Origin: Octopus vulgaris
Taxonomy: Eukaryota
DNA: 124,000 nucleotides
Direction: 5' to 3'
Assembly (NCBI GenBank): GCA_951406725.2
Contig: OX597818.1
Span: 27,920,001 to 28,044,000 of the forward strand
Positions 40,337 through 54,740 of the stretch are shown here, one piece after another. The translations under genes were made by a program, and so were the position numbers. Position 1 is the stretch's first letter. Every line of letters starts with the position of its first letter. Below the pieces are notes generated by a model, which searched no databases, was not told the origin of the DNA, and saw only the letters and a list, made by a program, of their open reading frames with translations.

Positions 40337-42638
40337 CATCGTTTAACATCCATTTTCCATGCTAACATGGATTGGACGGTTCGACCAGGGTCTGGGAAGC
40401 CAGGAAGCTGCACCAGACTCCAGTCTGATCTGGCAGTGTTTCTACAGCTGGATGCCCTTCCTAATGCCAACCACTCCGTGAGTGTAGTGGGTGCTTTTTA
40501 CATGCCACCAGCACCGGGGCCAGAGGAGTCTGGCAAAGGACACAATCGGTTGGTACTTTTTACGTGCCACTGGCACGGAAGCCAGCCAAGGCAGCGCTGG
40601 CATCAGCCACGTTTGGATGGTACTTTTTACGTGCCACCATCACGTGTATCTCAACTACAATTTCCATTTGATTTTTATTTTGATGTACTTGACACAATAG
40701 GTCTCCACAAGCACAGCAGGTTGCCCCATGATCCAAGGTAAGCACAGCAGATCATCTTGCAATCCAAGGTACTTTGACTGGGCTGGGGCTGGTTGTGTGA
40801 AGCTGGTGTAGGATACAGCAATGAACTCACTTTATTTGTCAGGTCTTTGCAATCACAGCATATCTCCAGAGGTCTCAGTCTTTCATCATTGCCTCTGTGA
40901 GGTCCAACATTTAAAAGTCATGCTTAACCACCTCATCCCATGTCTTCCTGGGTCTACCTCTACCCCAGATACCTTCAACTGTTTGGGAGTAGCACTTCTT
41001 CACACATCTCTCCTCATCCATCTGTAGTACATGACCATACCAGCACAAACGTCTGTCTTGCATGCCCCATCCGATCTTCTTATGTTCAACATTTCCCTCA
41101 GGGCGCTTACACTCTGTTGTGTGTGCACACTGACATTACTCATCCAGTGGATCATGCTAGCTTCATTTCTTTCGAGCCTACGCATGTCCTCCACAGTTAC
41201 AGGCCATGTTTCACTGCTGTGAAGCATGGCAGTTCACACATATGCGTCGTACAATCTACCTTTCACTCTGAGCGAGAGACCCTTTGTTACCAGTAAGGGT
41301 AGAAGCTTTCTAAACTTTGACCAGGCTATTCTTATTCTAGTGGTAACACTCTCTGAGCATCCACCTCCACTACTAACTTGGTCACCTAGGTAGTGGAAAC
41401 TATCAACTACTTCTAGTTTCTCTCCCTGGAGTGTGATGGAATCTGTTTTCTGTGTATGTGTGGTGTCTATTGCCCCTGTGAATCGGCCTCACACAAAAGC
41501 TATTTTCTCGCTTAATTTTCATTTGATGTTGCTGCACCTCTTATGTGTCCATAGTTTACACTGGGTACATCTTATGGAGTTTCTACCTACAACTTTTCTA
41601 CAGATCGAGCAGGGCCACCTACTTGAGGGAGTGTGTCATGAGTTCACCTTCCTACTCACTAGAACTTTGGTCTTTGCTACATTGACTCTAAGGTCTTTTG
41701 ATTCTAAACCTAGCTTCCACACCCAAAATTTCTTTTCTAGTTCTGGTAGTGATTCTGCTATTAGGGCCAGGTCATCAGCATAGAGAAGCTCCCAGGGGCA
41801 ACCCATCTTGAATTCCTGTTATTGCCTGGAGGACTATGATGATTAAAAGGGGACTGAGGGCTGAACTTTGGTGGACTCCTACTTCTACCTGGAAATTTTC
41901 ACTATACTCATTGCCAATCCTAACTTTACTAACGGCCTCTCTGTATAGGGCTTGTACAGCCCTTATTAACCATTCGTCAATCTCCCGTTTCTGCATCGCC
42001 CACTAAATAAGGGATCGGGGGACCCTGTGAAAGGCTTTCTCCAAGTCCACAAAAGCTAAGTAAAGGGGTTTATCTTTAGCTAGGTATTTCTCCTGTAGTT
42101 GTTGAACCAGGAATATGGCATCAGTGGTGCTTCAACCCGGCACAAAACCAAACTGCATCTCATCTAAGTAGACTCTCTCCCTAATGAGATGGGCTATGAC
42201 CCTCTCTGTGACCTTCATCACCTAATCCAGCAGTTTGATACCCCTGTAGTTATTTCTATCTAGGGCATCATCTTTACCATTGTAGTAGTTGACTAGGGTG
42301 CTGCTACACTAGTGATTGGGTATGACTCCATCATGAACTACCTGGTTTACAATGCAGGTGACTATGCCATAGCCCACACTACCAGCTGTTTTAAGCATCT
42401 CAGCAGTGATTCCTGATGGGCTGGGGGCTTTCCCTGGCTTTATACCCTTAATTGCTTTATCTGCCAGGGAACTGATTGGGATAGCTGGTTTCTCTACTGG
42501 GTCAACATTTGGTCGGCTCTCCTCCTCCCATTCATTCTCCACACTCAGCAGTCTTTCATAATGGCTTCTCCAAACCTCTTTCTTTTCAGAATCATTAAAA
42601 GCAAGTGCACCATCATCCATGTGGACACATTTCTCTCC
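40337..42638 (-). mobile_element. RTE LINE, 5'-truncated
   Basis: Collinear with 33778-36090; RT fragments in ORFs 41775-41996 and 42309-42620. Confidence 0.9.
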
Positions 42639-42649
42639 TAATATATATA

Positions 42650-43806
42650 TGTGTATTGGTCAAAATAATGGAAACACCTGGCATCATAGCATCATAATTT
42701 TAAAATATCTGTAAAACCCTCAAAAGCTTGTTTATTTTTGTTTTTTGATTTATTATTGGTGTTTCTTAATATGTTTTGCTAAAATTGCTGTTTCTTTTCA
42801 GATATCATCAGAAAAAGTTGATTAAAATTCATCAAAATGACAGAACTATCAAACTTTCAAAGAGGTTAAATTGTTGGTGCCCATATGGTAGGTGCTAGTG
42901 TAGCAAAAACAGCCGAAATGTTTAGTGTATCAAGAAGTACTGTCTCAAAAGTAATGACAGCCTTTGAGAAAGTGAGAAAACCTCCTCACTGAAAAAAAAC
43001 TCCAGAAGAAAACCAAAACTTTCAGATAGGGACCGTCGGAATCTTACGTGAATTGCTAGAAAGGATCACAAAAGTACAGCTCTCAATATTACTGCACAGC
43101 TTAATGAGCTTGTGGAAACTCAGTTTCCACAAAAACTGTTCACTGGGAGCTGCACAAAGCCAAAACACACTACTTTCAAAAACAAACGTTGCAAAGCATT
43201 TAGAGTGGAGTAAAAACCTACAGAATTGGTCCCTAGAGCAGTGGAAGAATGTTATTTTCTTTGACGAGTCATCCTTTACCTTATTTCCGACCACCAACCA
43301 AAAGAAGCATTTGACCCAGACTGCCTTCTCCTACTGGAGGAGGATCTATGATGATCGGGGGTGGGCTGTCTGTGTCTTGGAGATTTATCAGCCCAAGACT
43401 ATTTAAGCATTTTATCTGATCAAATCCATCCTATGTTTGTGGAACTGTTTCCGGAGGGAAACACAATCTTTCAAGATGATAATGCACCAATTCACACAGC
43501 TAAAGTTGTTACTGAAGGGCATGAAGGACATTCTAGTGAAGTTGAACGTCTTATCTTGCCACCACAGTTTCCAGATCTCAATATTATTGAACATTTATGG
43601 TGCATTTTAGAAAAACAAGGATTCAATATCCTCCACCATTATCACTACAAGAACTGGTGACTGTTTTAGCTGAAGAATGGACAAAAGTTCCTTTGAAAAT
43701 AATTCAAACTATGTACAAGTCTATACCGCGTAGAATTCAAGCTATAATTACTGCCAATTACTGTTTGAAATTTTAAGGTGTTTCCATTATTTTGTCCAGC
43801 CCCTGT
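42650..43806 (+). mobile_element. Tc1-like DNA transposon (DD34E), inactivated
   Basis: TIR core ggWcaaaataatggaaacacc at 42658-42678 and its reverse complement within 43777-43806; transposase from ATG 42837 (MTELSNFQRG, FFDESSF, FQDDNAPIH, PDLNIIEHLW). Confidence 0.9.
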
Positions 43807-43819
43807 ATATATATATACA

Positions 43820-43865
<46 letters not shown>

Positions 43866-43906
43866 ATGTATATACATATACATATATATATATATTTATA
43901 TGTATG

Positions 43907-43946
<40 letters not shown>

Positions 43947-44999
43947 TCATCATCATCATCATCGTTGTTTAACCTCTACTTTCGATGCTGGCATGGGTTG
44001 GACGGTTTGGTTGGAAATGACTGAAGGAGATTGAAATGGAATGACTGGTAAAGCTCCAATAGAAAGTTTATCTCTTAGGGACAGCAAGGATTATTAGGAC
44101 CTTTCTAAGCACTTGAAAACTTGTGGCTATCTAAAGTTACAGGTAGTAACCCACTATCCACATAAATCCTACCAGGAATGAGTCAAACGAAAATAATAAT
44201 CACTAATCTAACTCTTATTATTTTATTTTGAAAATATTGTAAATACATGATTTTATAATTGTTTTATGAATTTAATACACTTGCTCAACAAAAAGTAAGT
44301 TTCATTTTTCAAAAATACATTTTGGCTAACCTAACTGCTTGCCTCCCTATTTATTTTTAAATGAGTAGCAAATTTAAATGTAATAGACATTGAGAGACCT
44401 GGCTCACATTTTTAGAAACTTTTCGATAAATTTAAAGACACTACTAACCTCAACATAATTTACCTTCTAACAATCCATAAAATACAATTATTTAGGCAGC
44501 TGAATGAAAAATTAAGAACAGCAATCAGCAGAAGTGTAATATTTAAAGTAGTCTCATATAAATGTACTTCTGTTAAAATCAAATTATTATTGCAATGTCT
44601 TTAAAAAAGAGAAACACTAGAAGCAATGTAGACAATGAAATGTCTAGTTGAAATTACTGCTCAGAAAATATGAAATAGCAAATCTAACTAGAAATTTCTT
44701 AATATTAATCAGGAGACATTTATCAATCAACCACCTACTTTATAAGATATTCAATAAAATACTTTGAAGTTTGCAATTCATAAGGAATGCCAGCAGTATT
44801 GTAGAAATCAAATTCAAAAGCAGCACCCAAGAAAGTGAATATAAGATGAAAGAAAACAGTCTGTTCAATGGTTAAGTTAACCATCTACAGAGTTAAAGCC
44901 GCATACTAAGAAGCTTATATAAAAGCTGAAAAAGACTACATCTTAATAAGGTAATCTTGATTGAGCAAACCTTTCACCAGAGGTATACTAGCTGTGACC

Positions 45000-45762
45000 T
45001 CTGCATCTTTTCTTTGTGTTCAGTGGACCTGGAAAAACATTATTCAATGTGTTCCTTTTTCCTTTTTTAAGATGGTTGAGTATGGTTTAGCCATTTCTTT
45101 AAACATAACTTCATCTTTAAGAATAAAGAAAAGATGAATATAGTCAGACAGATAAATGACTTAAAAGGTCATGTTGCAAGAGAGAAAGTGTTTGTTTTGC
45201 TTGATGAGGAATGCTTGGATGATGTGGGTGGAATGAGTGGGTGTGTTGTCATGGTGGAGTTGCCAGTTCTTTGCTGCCCACAGGTTGGGTTGTTTTCACC
45301 GCACAACTTCATGAAGGTGACAAAGAACCCCCAGGTAGTACTTTTTGTTAATTGCCTGGCCACAACATGGCCCACTGTCCACTGAGGTGAAGTCATTTTT
45401 GAACCGGTTGTACCACTCTTTTATTTGTGTTTTTCCCATAGCATCATCTCCAAAGGCTTTCTGAATCTCCTCAATAGCCTGGGTTTGCGTATCACCAAGT
45501 GTTTAATAAAATTTGATACAGTATCTTTGCTCAATGTGCTTGGTCATCACGACACAAAAAGAAAAATTGCACCACACACTCTCCATGTCTGTACTCAATG
45601 CATCACTGTGGGTGAATGGCACAACCTACAGAAATGAAAATTTTTGTGCATGCTCAGGAAGAATGCAGCCACCTAATATTCATGCAGATTTTGTTCATGC
45701 ATTATTATTTTGTGCGTAAAAAATCAAGGTTGGATACTTTTTGACTACACCTTGTATTTCTC
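45000..45762 (-). mobile_element. Mariner remnant
   Basis: HHDNTPTH motif on the minus strand; TIR-like tacaaggtgtagtcaaaaagta end. Confidence 0.65.
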
Positions 45763-46431
45763 ATTTTACTGCATCTCTTGTTTTTTTTGTGAAGGCATAT
45801 GGCCAAGAGGTTAGTGTATTGCAATCATAATCGCCAGTGTATGGGTTCAATTTCTAGACTGAGCAATGTATTCTGTTCTTGAGTAAAACACTTCATTTAG
45901 TGCTGTGTGGGGGTCTGCATGTCAAAGAATAGATCCAATGTTTTCTCTATATGACATGTGGAAGAGGTGGAAATAAGATTTGCACTCTGACCTCATAAAA
46001 GTCTCACCTGCAATGACTACACAAACAGGCCCATGGCCTAGAAGGTTGTCACCTGAGTGGTGCAGAGGTGTCACCCTCCAGGAGTGTGGAATCACCAACA
46101 AATGATCGATGCAGTGATGTGTTGTTACAGTGCATGGTCCCAAACCACTGCTACTACTACTATTGTTTCTACACATTTCATTCCATACATAGGCAGCTTT
46201 GGTACAGGTTATTAGGGCTGATTCATTAAAAAATTCCTACAGGTAGCTTTCTCATGAAAGAAGGAATTAATGAATCGCTTTTTGTATGAATTCAAGTCAG
46301 AAATAGATGGAGCTATTGTAGAATTTTGTTCGTTTTTTTATTGTAAAATTACATATTTTTATATATGTTTATATTTTCTTATAAGATAATATACGTACAT
46401 TTATTTAAGTATTTTGTTGTTTTTATCTTAG

Positions 46432-46440
46432 ACCTGATGA
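46432..46440 (+). CDS. Candidate 9-nt micro-exon (phase 2-2, K-P-D)
   Basis: tttttatcttag|ACCTGATGA|gtaact, frame-compatible with the preceding micro-exon; could be chance. Confidence 0.25.
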
Positions 46441-47778
46441 GTAACTATATTTACTAATTATATACTAATTATTTATTATTTTGTACTTTATTTAGTTCTA
46501 GGTAAATGCTTTATTGTATCTTTAATTTTTGGCACGTAAAAAGCACCATCCGATTGTGGCCTTTGCCAGCCTCATCAGGCACCTGTGCAGGTGGCACATA
46601 AAAAGCACCCACTACACTCTCGGAGTGGTTGGCATTAGGAAGGGCATCCAGCTGTAGAAACACTGCCAGATCAGACTGGGCCTGGCGCAGCCTTCTGGCT
46701 TCCCAGACCCCAGTTGAACTGTCCAACCCATGCTAGTATGGAAAATGGACGTTAAACGATGATGATGATGATGATGGTATGATTTAAGTATATCATTGCT
46801 GAATTGCTACATGGTGGTTCTTCTCTAATTTATATACATATATATATATTTATTACTAACTTATCTAGAAGATATGAAGGCCGACCTAAACCAGCTATCA
46901 GCAACCATCTATGCAAAACACAAGGAACACCCACCCACCACCAGCTAGAAAATCATACACACACAGCTCCATACAAAAACTACTCACATTGCTACCTCTG
47001 AACAACATAAAACATAACTTAGAACAATGCAAATATCAAGCTACCTTTACCTCAACATTCTTGTTAAATGTATGTGGCATCAACCCATCACTCATTGCCC
47101 AAAAATGGAAGATCCCATTTATAGTTGGCTTGCCAAAATGACACATTGCTTCCCTTTCTTTATCCTCACTGACACTTTCCTGAACAGCACACATATGGCT
47201 GCCAAGGTGAAAATAAAAGATTTCACCATCATCCGTGCTGATCACATAAATTGATATAAAGGGGGGACTATAATTTAAAATTGAATTGATTTTCAATTAA
47301 ATTTAAATTTAATTGTAATTCGAATTTAATTATAGCCATGAAACGTACATAGATTTTTTTACTTATTATATATTGATTATACAATTTTAAACTTTTTGTG
47401 ATCTAGTTATATGTTTTAAAAAATATATTTTATTTTTTAGTTATGATTTGGTTTATGTCTATCATTGTTTGAATTGCATAATAGTGGTTTTTCTCTAATT
47501 TATATATTATATACTTATATTGTGAAATTTGATTTAATACTAAATTGAATTTTTCCTTGTAAGTTTGGAGTTATGCTCCCTAATATTATATATCATCATC
47601 ATCATAATCATCATCATCATTGTTTAACGTCCGTTTTCCGTGCTAGCATGGGTTGGTATATGTATATATATATATATATATATATTTGTATATATAAACA
47701 TATATATATAAATACATATATATAAACATATGTATATATACATATATATACACATATACATACATATATATACATATG

Positions 47779-47851
<73 letters not shown>

Positions 47852-48203
47852 TTTATGGCTGTAAGACTTTTTACTGATGTACATGTATAATTATTCTTTT
47901 TCTGCTGTATTTGTATAGTTATTTTTTTATTGTAGCCATATTATTGTTATATTATTTTAGTTTGTCTTGTTTGTTTTAGTGCTTGTTATATATGTTCGCT
48001 AGCTATTCCCAGAAGCTTTCTGCTTTGGCACTGCCAAGATGGAGTGATATCAATGGTAAAACCATGAAACCACTGTGATTTCTTGGACATTGACTAATGC
48101 GGAAACAACTGTGAATTTTCTGTGTACTATGATTTTGTCTACTTTTCCATATGTTGTGGTTCTGTTAAATTTTTCCATTTATTGTGCTCTTTTTATTCAA
48201 TCT

Positions 48204-48253
<50 letters not shown>

Positions 48254-48593
48254 ATGTATGTATGTATATGTATACGTCTATTTGAGTTAGAGGTTAAACA
48301 ACCATCTAAGGGATAATAAATATACTACTGAATGTATACCTATGTATTTATATCCAAATGCATACTGTTGCAAAGAAATAGTGCAGTTGAATAATAGGTA
48401 TGAGTGGGTGTAAACAGAAATTTACCCAGAATTTATAAGGCAAAGAAATATTATTCACTCTCTTATTCTTGTTCATTTATTTATTTACTTTTCTGTTTGC
48501 TTATTTATACATATGATTATAATTAATAGATAGATCCAATTGATGTTTGCAGGCTGATATTTGTTAATTGATTATCTCCATTTTTTTCTTTGC

Positions 48594-48632
<39 letters not shown>

Positions 48633-48732
48633 CAAAGAAGAAAATGGAAATACTCAATTAACAAATATCAGCCTGCAAACATCAATTGGATCTATCTATT
48701 AATTATAATCATATGTATAAATAAGTAAACAG

Positions 48733-48769
<37 letters not shown>

Positions 48770-48839
48770 GAGAGAGAGAAATCAGCATGAGGCTATTATC
48801 TACAAATCTGGATCAGAAAGCTCAGGAATACCCAGTATT

Positions 48840-50140
48840 AAGTGTTCTAACTCTTCTATATATGAAATTGTTAAGGTTTTATATAGTATTTGTGATAAAC
48901 ATGATTTTGGTAAGGCTTTCAGTGGGCTGCATACCCTTCATATGAGTAACTGCTTTATATCATTGTGTATACTATCATATCAGTGGCACTGGAAAGCTGG
49001 TCTTTCTGGAATCAGATGTGCCCACAACATCTTATCATTTGTTAATTCAGAGTTACTGCTTTCCTTGCCAGGTTGTTGTTCCAGCTTGCAAAGTTCTTGC
49101 CTCCTCCATGTGTAGTTGAGAAATCTTTTTCTTATATGATGGGTTTGTTCCCACTTTTAATGTGGATCTTCTTACTTAGCTATGAAATCACATCCCTCCA
49201 TGTCTTCTACAAATTACCTGGTATTTTTATGATAGTATCTGCATGTCTATGAGCAGGTAGGAGATTTGAAACAAAAGGTCAATAATCTGGAAAGGACTGG
49301 GTATAGTGGTTAGTGTGGAGATAACAAGAGTGGTTAACAAGAGGAGAGTGGAGTGAAATGGAGGAGGTCTGAGTGATAGTATTAAAGGCCAGCATGCTCC
49401 AAGGTGCACAGACTATGTAGCCCTTCTGTGGATGTGACTCAAAAAGTTTGTGTGCATAGCAGCAACCCTGTCCTAATTGTGAATGCATTACTCTACTGAG
49501 GATCTCACTTGAATCTTGTAGAGATTCTGCAGCTGTTAGAGTCTGAAATATTCTGATCATGAAGAGAAAGGCTATTCTGAGTTGCATTCCTATTCATGCT
49601 CAGAATGTGCTTTCACTTGGAGATGTCTCCAGTGGTAATGAAACCCTGTATTTGGAGTGACTGTAAGTTAGTTGTGTATGACATATGTGAGGTGAGTGCA
49701 GTGTTGTTTTCTTGTTATCAGTAGTGCTAAAATTTTTTCTTTCTTTTTGTTTTTGCTACTAAAAGAGATGCAGTTGGCACGAACCCTCTGGAGGATGTTC
49801 ACATGGTCTCTATTCATGGAATCAATGCAAGTTTGGCAGGAGGTAAGAATGATGCATGGTCAGGGAAAGATAGGGAGGAATAAAGATTCATATCATTAGC
49901 CTTAGAATGGGCATTGTTAGATGCCATGGCTGATAAGTCATTGATGTATAGAAGGAAAAGAGTGGTGGGGTAAAACTGAACCCTGGGGACCATCAAGTTT
50001 GACTGAGAGGGAAATAGAAAGGGCTCTGATCAGCATATGCTGCAATGGCTCAATCTGATAGGAAGCTACCAGTCTAAGAGATGAAAGATGTTTAGAACTC
50101 ATAAATGGGAAGTTTTGCCAAGAGATTTGCATAAGGCAAA
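48840..50140 (-). mobile_element. Degraded L2/CR1-like LINE RT remnant
   Basis: PQGSVL and TLFLLYINDL fragments. Confidence 0.65.
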
Positions 50141-50469
50141 AATTTTTTAAATAATACAGAATTTAAGCTATGTCCTCAGGTGAAAGTTCTTCTAGGTTTA
50201 AAATTTCCTTAAATCTAGCCCATTTCATGGGATTTTCAATAGACATATCGTTAAATTATTCTATTTTAACAATGCTCAATATTACTGAATCTAGATTTAA
50301 TTATCAGAATCTAAAATATCTAGCTTCTAATAATCAAACAAATGATAATACATTCAATGCTGCAATTAAAACTTTTATAGCTCATCTATCTATAATATGT
50401 AACCTCAAAAATAATTATACTCATGCTTCTAATTTCAGTAATAATAGTATTATTTAACTAATCAGATAC

Positions 50470-50545
<76 letters not shown>

Positions 50546-53500
50546 TAACAACAATAACAATAATAATAATAGACTTGGATACAGCAATGAACCCTAATAA
50601 ATTAGCTAACATACGAAGATACATTCTCAACACAAAAAAAATATCAGAAATAGAAATAGAACATCTAAAAGAAAACATACATCAGGAAAATGTAGATAGA
50701 AGCCACACAACAATGCCCAATAATATAAACACTGAAACTGTAAAACACGAAGACAAACGCAACATTCCCAACAAACACGATGTAAACAACGAAGGGGAGC
50801 CTAATGATTATGATAATATAAAAAATAAAATAATCAAAGAACTGAAAACCACAGAGCTCAAAATGGACCACCGACCATACCTCCCAAGAATCAAAATAAA
50901 CGAAATAACAACACCAATTATAAACAGCATAAACCTAGCCGTCACTGAACTGATAGTCACTGAAACAAAAAAAAGTGATATCACTGAGCTAAATGACTTA
51001 ATATACACAGCAGCCACTGCAGCCACAAAAGAAGCTGGATACTCACCCAAACCCACGCAAACAGGAGTACCACCACCCAAACAAACCCTGTGGATAAATA
51101 ACATCTAAAACAAAATAAAAAAAAAATTAGAAAAGACCTGTCGATTCTTAATGAAATCAGCAAACAATCAACGCTACTGAGCAACAAAAAGAGAACAAAA
51201 ATACTCCGCAAATATAACATCACAGAGAAAGATTTGCCTGAGATAAAAGAAAAGCTGAAGCAAGATATCCTTGCCAAAGCACAAAGGATCTGCCGGTACG
51301 AGAAACACCAATGCTTCTTTGAACAAAACAAAAAGTTCAACTCCAACCCCAAAAAGTTCTACCAAGAACTGGGCAAAAATAAAATAGAAGTCACTGCAGC
51401 ACCAACGGCAGAAGAATTGGAAGAATTCTGGAGAGAAATATGGTCGGCGAACGAACAACCAAAAAAAGGAGTATCAAAATAACAAACTCGGCATCTGAAC
51501 AACTTTGGACCCCCATAACAACTGAAGAGGTCACCCAGGCACTGCAAAGACTAAGCAACTGGAAGGCACCTGGGCATGACAAGATCCCCAACTTCTGGTT
51601 GAAATATCTAACAGGAATGCACAAAAAGCAGGCTGAAAACTTTAACAACATACTAGCAGAGCCAGAGACAATGCCTGAATGGCTCACGAAGGGGAAAACC
51701 ATCTTAATTCCCAAATCAAATGAAACAGAAAAACCAGAAAACTACAGACCAATAACCTGCCTCCCTACTATGTTCAAGGCATTTACTGCAGTGATATCGC
51801 AAAGGCTGAACAAGCACCTGGACGAAAACAAACTGTTCCCAGAAGAGCAGATAGGATGCCGCAAAGGCTCATATGGCTGTAAAGATCAACTAATGATTAA
51901 TAAAGCCGTAACTGAAGACAGCCACAGAAAGAAGAAAGGCCTCAGTATGGCCTGGATTGACTACAAAAAGGCGTTTGATAGCATCCCCCACACATGGATC
52001 CTCGAAACACTAGCCATTAACAAAGTAGCATCAACAATCATAAAATTCATAGAGCACTCTATGAATAAATGGCAAACAGTCCTACACCTCCAAACAAAAG
52101 AGGGACTCATGAAAACCAAAGACATCCCCATTAGAAGAGGAATATTCCAGGGAGACACGCTCTCTCCACTCCTTTTCTGCTTAGCACTGTCACCTCTATC
52201 TGATATACTAAATAGAACTGGATGCGGATATAAATGTTACGGCAAAACGATCAGCCACCTTTTATATATGGATGACCTAAAACTATACGCTGCAAATGAC
52301 AAACAGCTGGAAACACTATTAAAGACAGTTCATGGATTTACCAAAGAAATAGATATGAAATTTGGATTAGAAAAATGCGCCAAAGTAACCATGAAAAGAG
52401 GAAAACTAGTTAAGAGTAACAACATCACACTAGATAAAACCAATGAAATAAAAGAATTAGACCAAAGCCAAACTTACAAATACTTAGGAATCCATGAACT
52501 AGATAAGACACAACACACACAAATGAAAGAGAAAATAAAAAAAGAATATTATAGACGAGTTAGATCAATACTAAAAACAGAGCTCAATGCTAAAAACAAG
52601 ATAATAGGTATCAACACTTTAGCTGTCCCAGTTACAAGTTACAGCTACAATATCCTTAACTGGACACGAAATGAACTGACCAAAATAGATAGGAAAACAA
52701 GAAAAATAATGACAGGATCTAGGATGCATCACTCAAAATCTGACATAGAAAGACTATATATACAACGTATAGAAGGTGGTAGAGGCCTTATACAGCTGGA
52801 AAACTACTATAAAATAACCACCATAGGACTGCAAAAATATCTACTTCAGAAGGAAGGAAAACTGATCCAGATAGCGGCAAAACACGAGCAAAACAAAAAA
52901 CTGTTCTCAGTATTTAAGGAAGCTGACAAATACAAACAAGAAATCATACCACCTAATAAACAAGAAGAAGAAGAAGAAGAAGAAGAAGAAGAAGAAGATG
53001 AAGAAACAACAAAAGCTATAAAACAAATGAAATCCAAACTAAAAATAGAATAGCAACGAACTATGATAAAACGATGGCAAGAAAAGCCCCTTCATGGTAA
53101 ATACTGGACTAAACTAAACGCAAAAGAAATAGACAAAAAAAAAATCCCAGCAATGGTTGAGAAGCTCAGGACTCAAAGCAGAAACAGAGGGATTTTTAAT
53201 TGCAGCACAAGACCAAAGCCTCCCCACCAGAAATTACCAAAAACATGTAATGAAAAGAAATATTACAAGTAACTGCAGAATATGTGGAGATGGACAAGAA
53301 ACAATAAATCATATTATCTCTAGCTGCCCAGTCCTGGCTAAGAAGGAATATATTCACAGACATGACAGAGTTGGAACCTACATACATTGGAAGCTATGCC
53401 AACATTATGGAATAACAACAGAAAAAAGATGGTATAGGCACACACCAGAAAAGGTCACAGAAAACGAGAAAGCAACCATACTCTGGGATATGCCGATACA

Positions 53501-53936
53501 CACAGATAGAGAAATTAAGGCCAACAGACCAGATATAGTTGTCAGAGATCATGAAGAAAAAAATGCTTTCTAATTGATGTATCAATACCGGCAGATGACA
53601 ACGTGTCTCTAAAAGAAATGGAGAAACTCTCAAAATACAAAGACCTGGAAATAGAGGTAACTAGAATGTGGAATCTGAAAACAGAAACAATTCCTATCAT
53701 AGTAGGTGCATTAGGCATGATAAAAAAATATTCAAACAAATACATAACAAAAACACCAGGACTTACAAACACATATAACATACAGAAAATTGCACTACTA
53801 GGCACTGCACACATCCTACGCAGAACACTTTCCATACAATAACCATCAGAGCATCACAACAAATCACAGCACATACCCAAGGCACACAGAGCTGCGCTCG
53901 GTAGTGAAGTGAAAGCACGCTATAAAAATAAAACTA

Positions 53937-53940
<4 letters not shown>
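50546..53940 (+). mobile_element. R4/Dong-like non-LTR retrotransposon (RT + CCHC zinc knuckle + restriction-like endonuclease), near full length
   Basis: ORF 51440-53053 (KAPGHD, NYRPITCL, WIDYKKAFDSIPH, GIFQGDTLSP, LYMDDL); 53157-53573 (CRICGDGQETINHIISSC, RPDIVV); flanked both sides by (AAT)n. Confidence 0.92.
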
Positions 53941-53993
<53 letters not shown>

Positions 53994-54529
53994 CAATATT
54001 ATTATTATTTTACCTATTGTAACTGTCGTAATAAAACCAAATGTCCTATTAATAACCAATGTATTAGAGAAAATATTGTATGTAAATGTTCAATTAAGGC
54101 TCTTGGTAATAAACATATCTACATTGGTGCATCCTCTTCATCATTTGAAATTAGATGGAATAATCCTAGATCTACATTTAGATATAAAGAAAAGCTAATC
54201 ATACATCCCTACGTAATTTTGTACATGCATTAAGGGTTAGTAATATTGAATACAAAATTTATTGGTCACTATTCGATTATGTGCAACATTATAGTGGTGT
54301 GGTCTTTGAATATCAGAAGCATTTTTAAAATAGTAAAAATAGCGTAATTATGATTATAATTGGCATGATGAACTTATTTTAAGCTGCCAACTTGTTAAAT
54401 ATTAATCTTTTCTATACTGTAAACCTATATAACATTATACTTATAATATAATTAGTTTCTTTTTCTTGTGTTATTTGTGGCATTTTGATCTGATAGTTGT
54501 ATTTGCACTGTTATATTTATACTTAAGGT

Positions 54530-54740
54530 GGTGAGCTGGCAAAATCATTAGCACACCAGGCAAAATGCTTAGTAGTATTTCGTCTTCTGCTGCATTCTGA
54601 GTTCAAATTTCGCTCAAGTCAGCTTAGCCTTTCATTCTCTCAGGGTCAATAAATTAAGTACCAGTGAAACACTGGGATTGACTAGTCCCCTCCTGCCAAA
54701 TTTCAGGCCTTGTGCCTTTCGTAGAAAGGATTATTATATT
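54530..54740 (+). mobile_element. SINE family 2 (representative copy)
   Basis: ggtgagctggca.aa.c.ttagcac...ctgagttcaaatt...gtcaataaattaagtaccag; copies at about 16773, 18690, 61620 (-). Confidence 0.75.
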
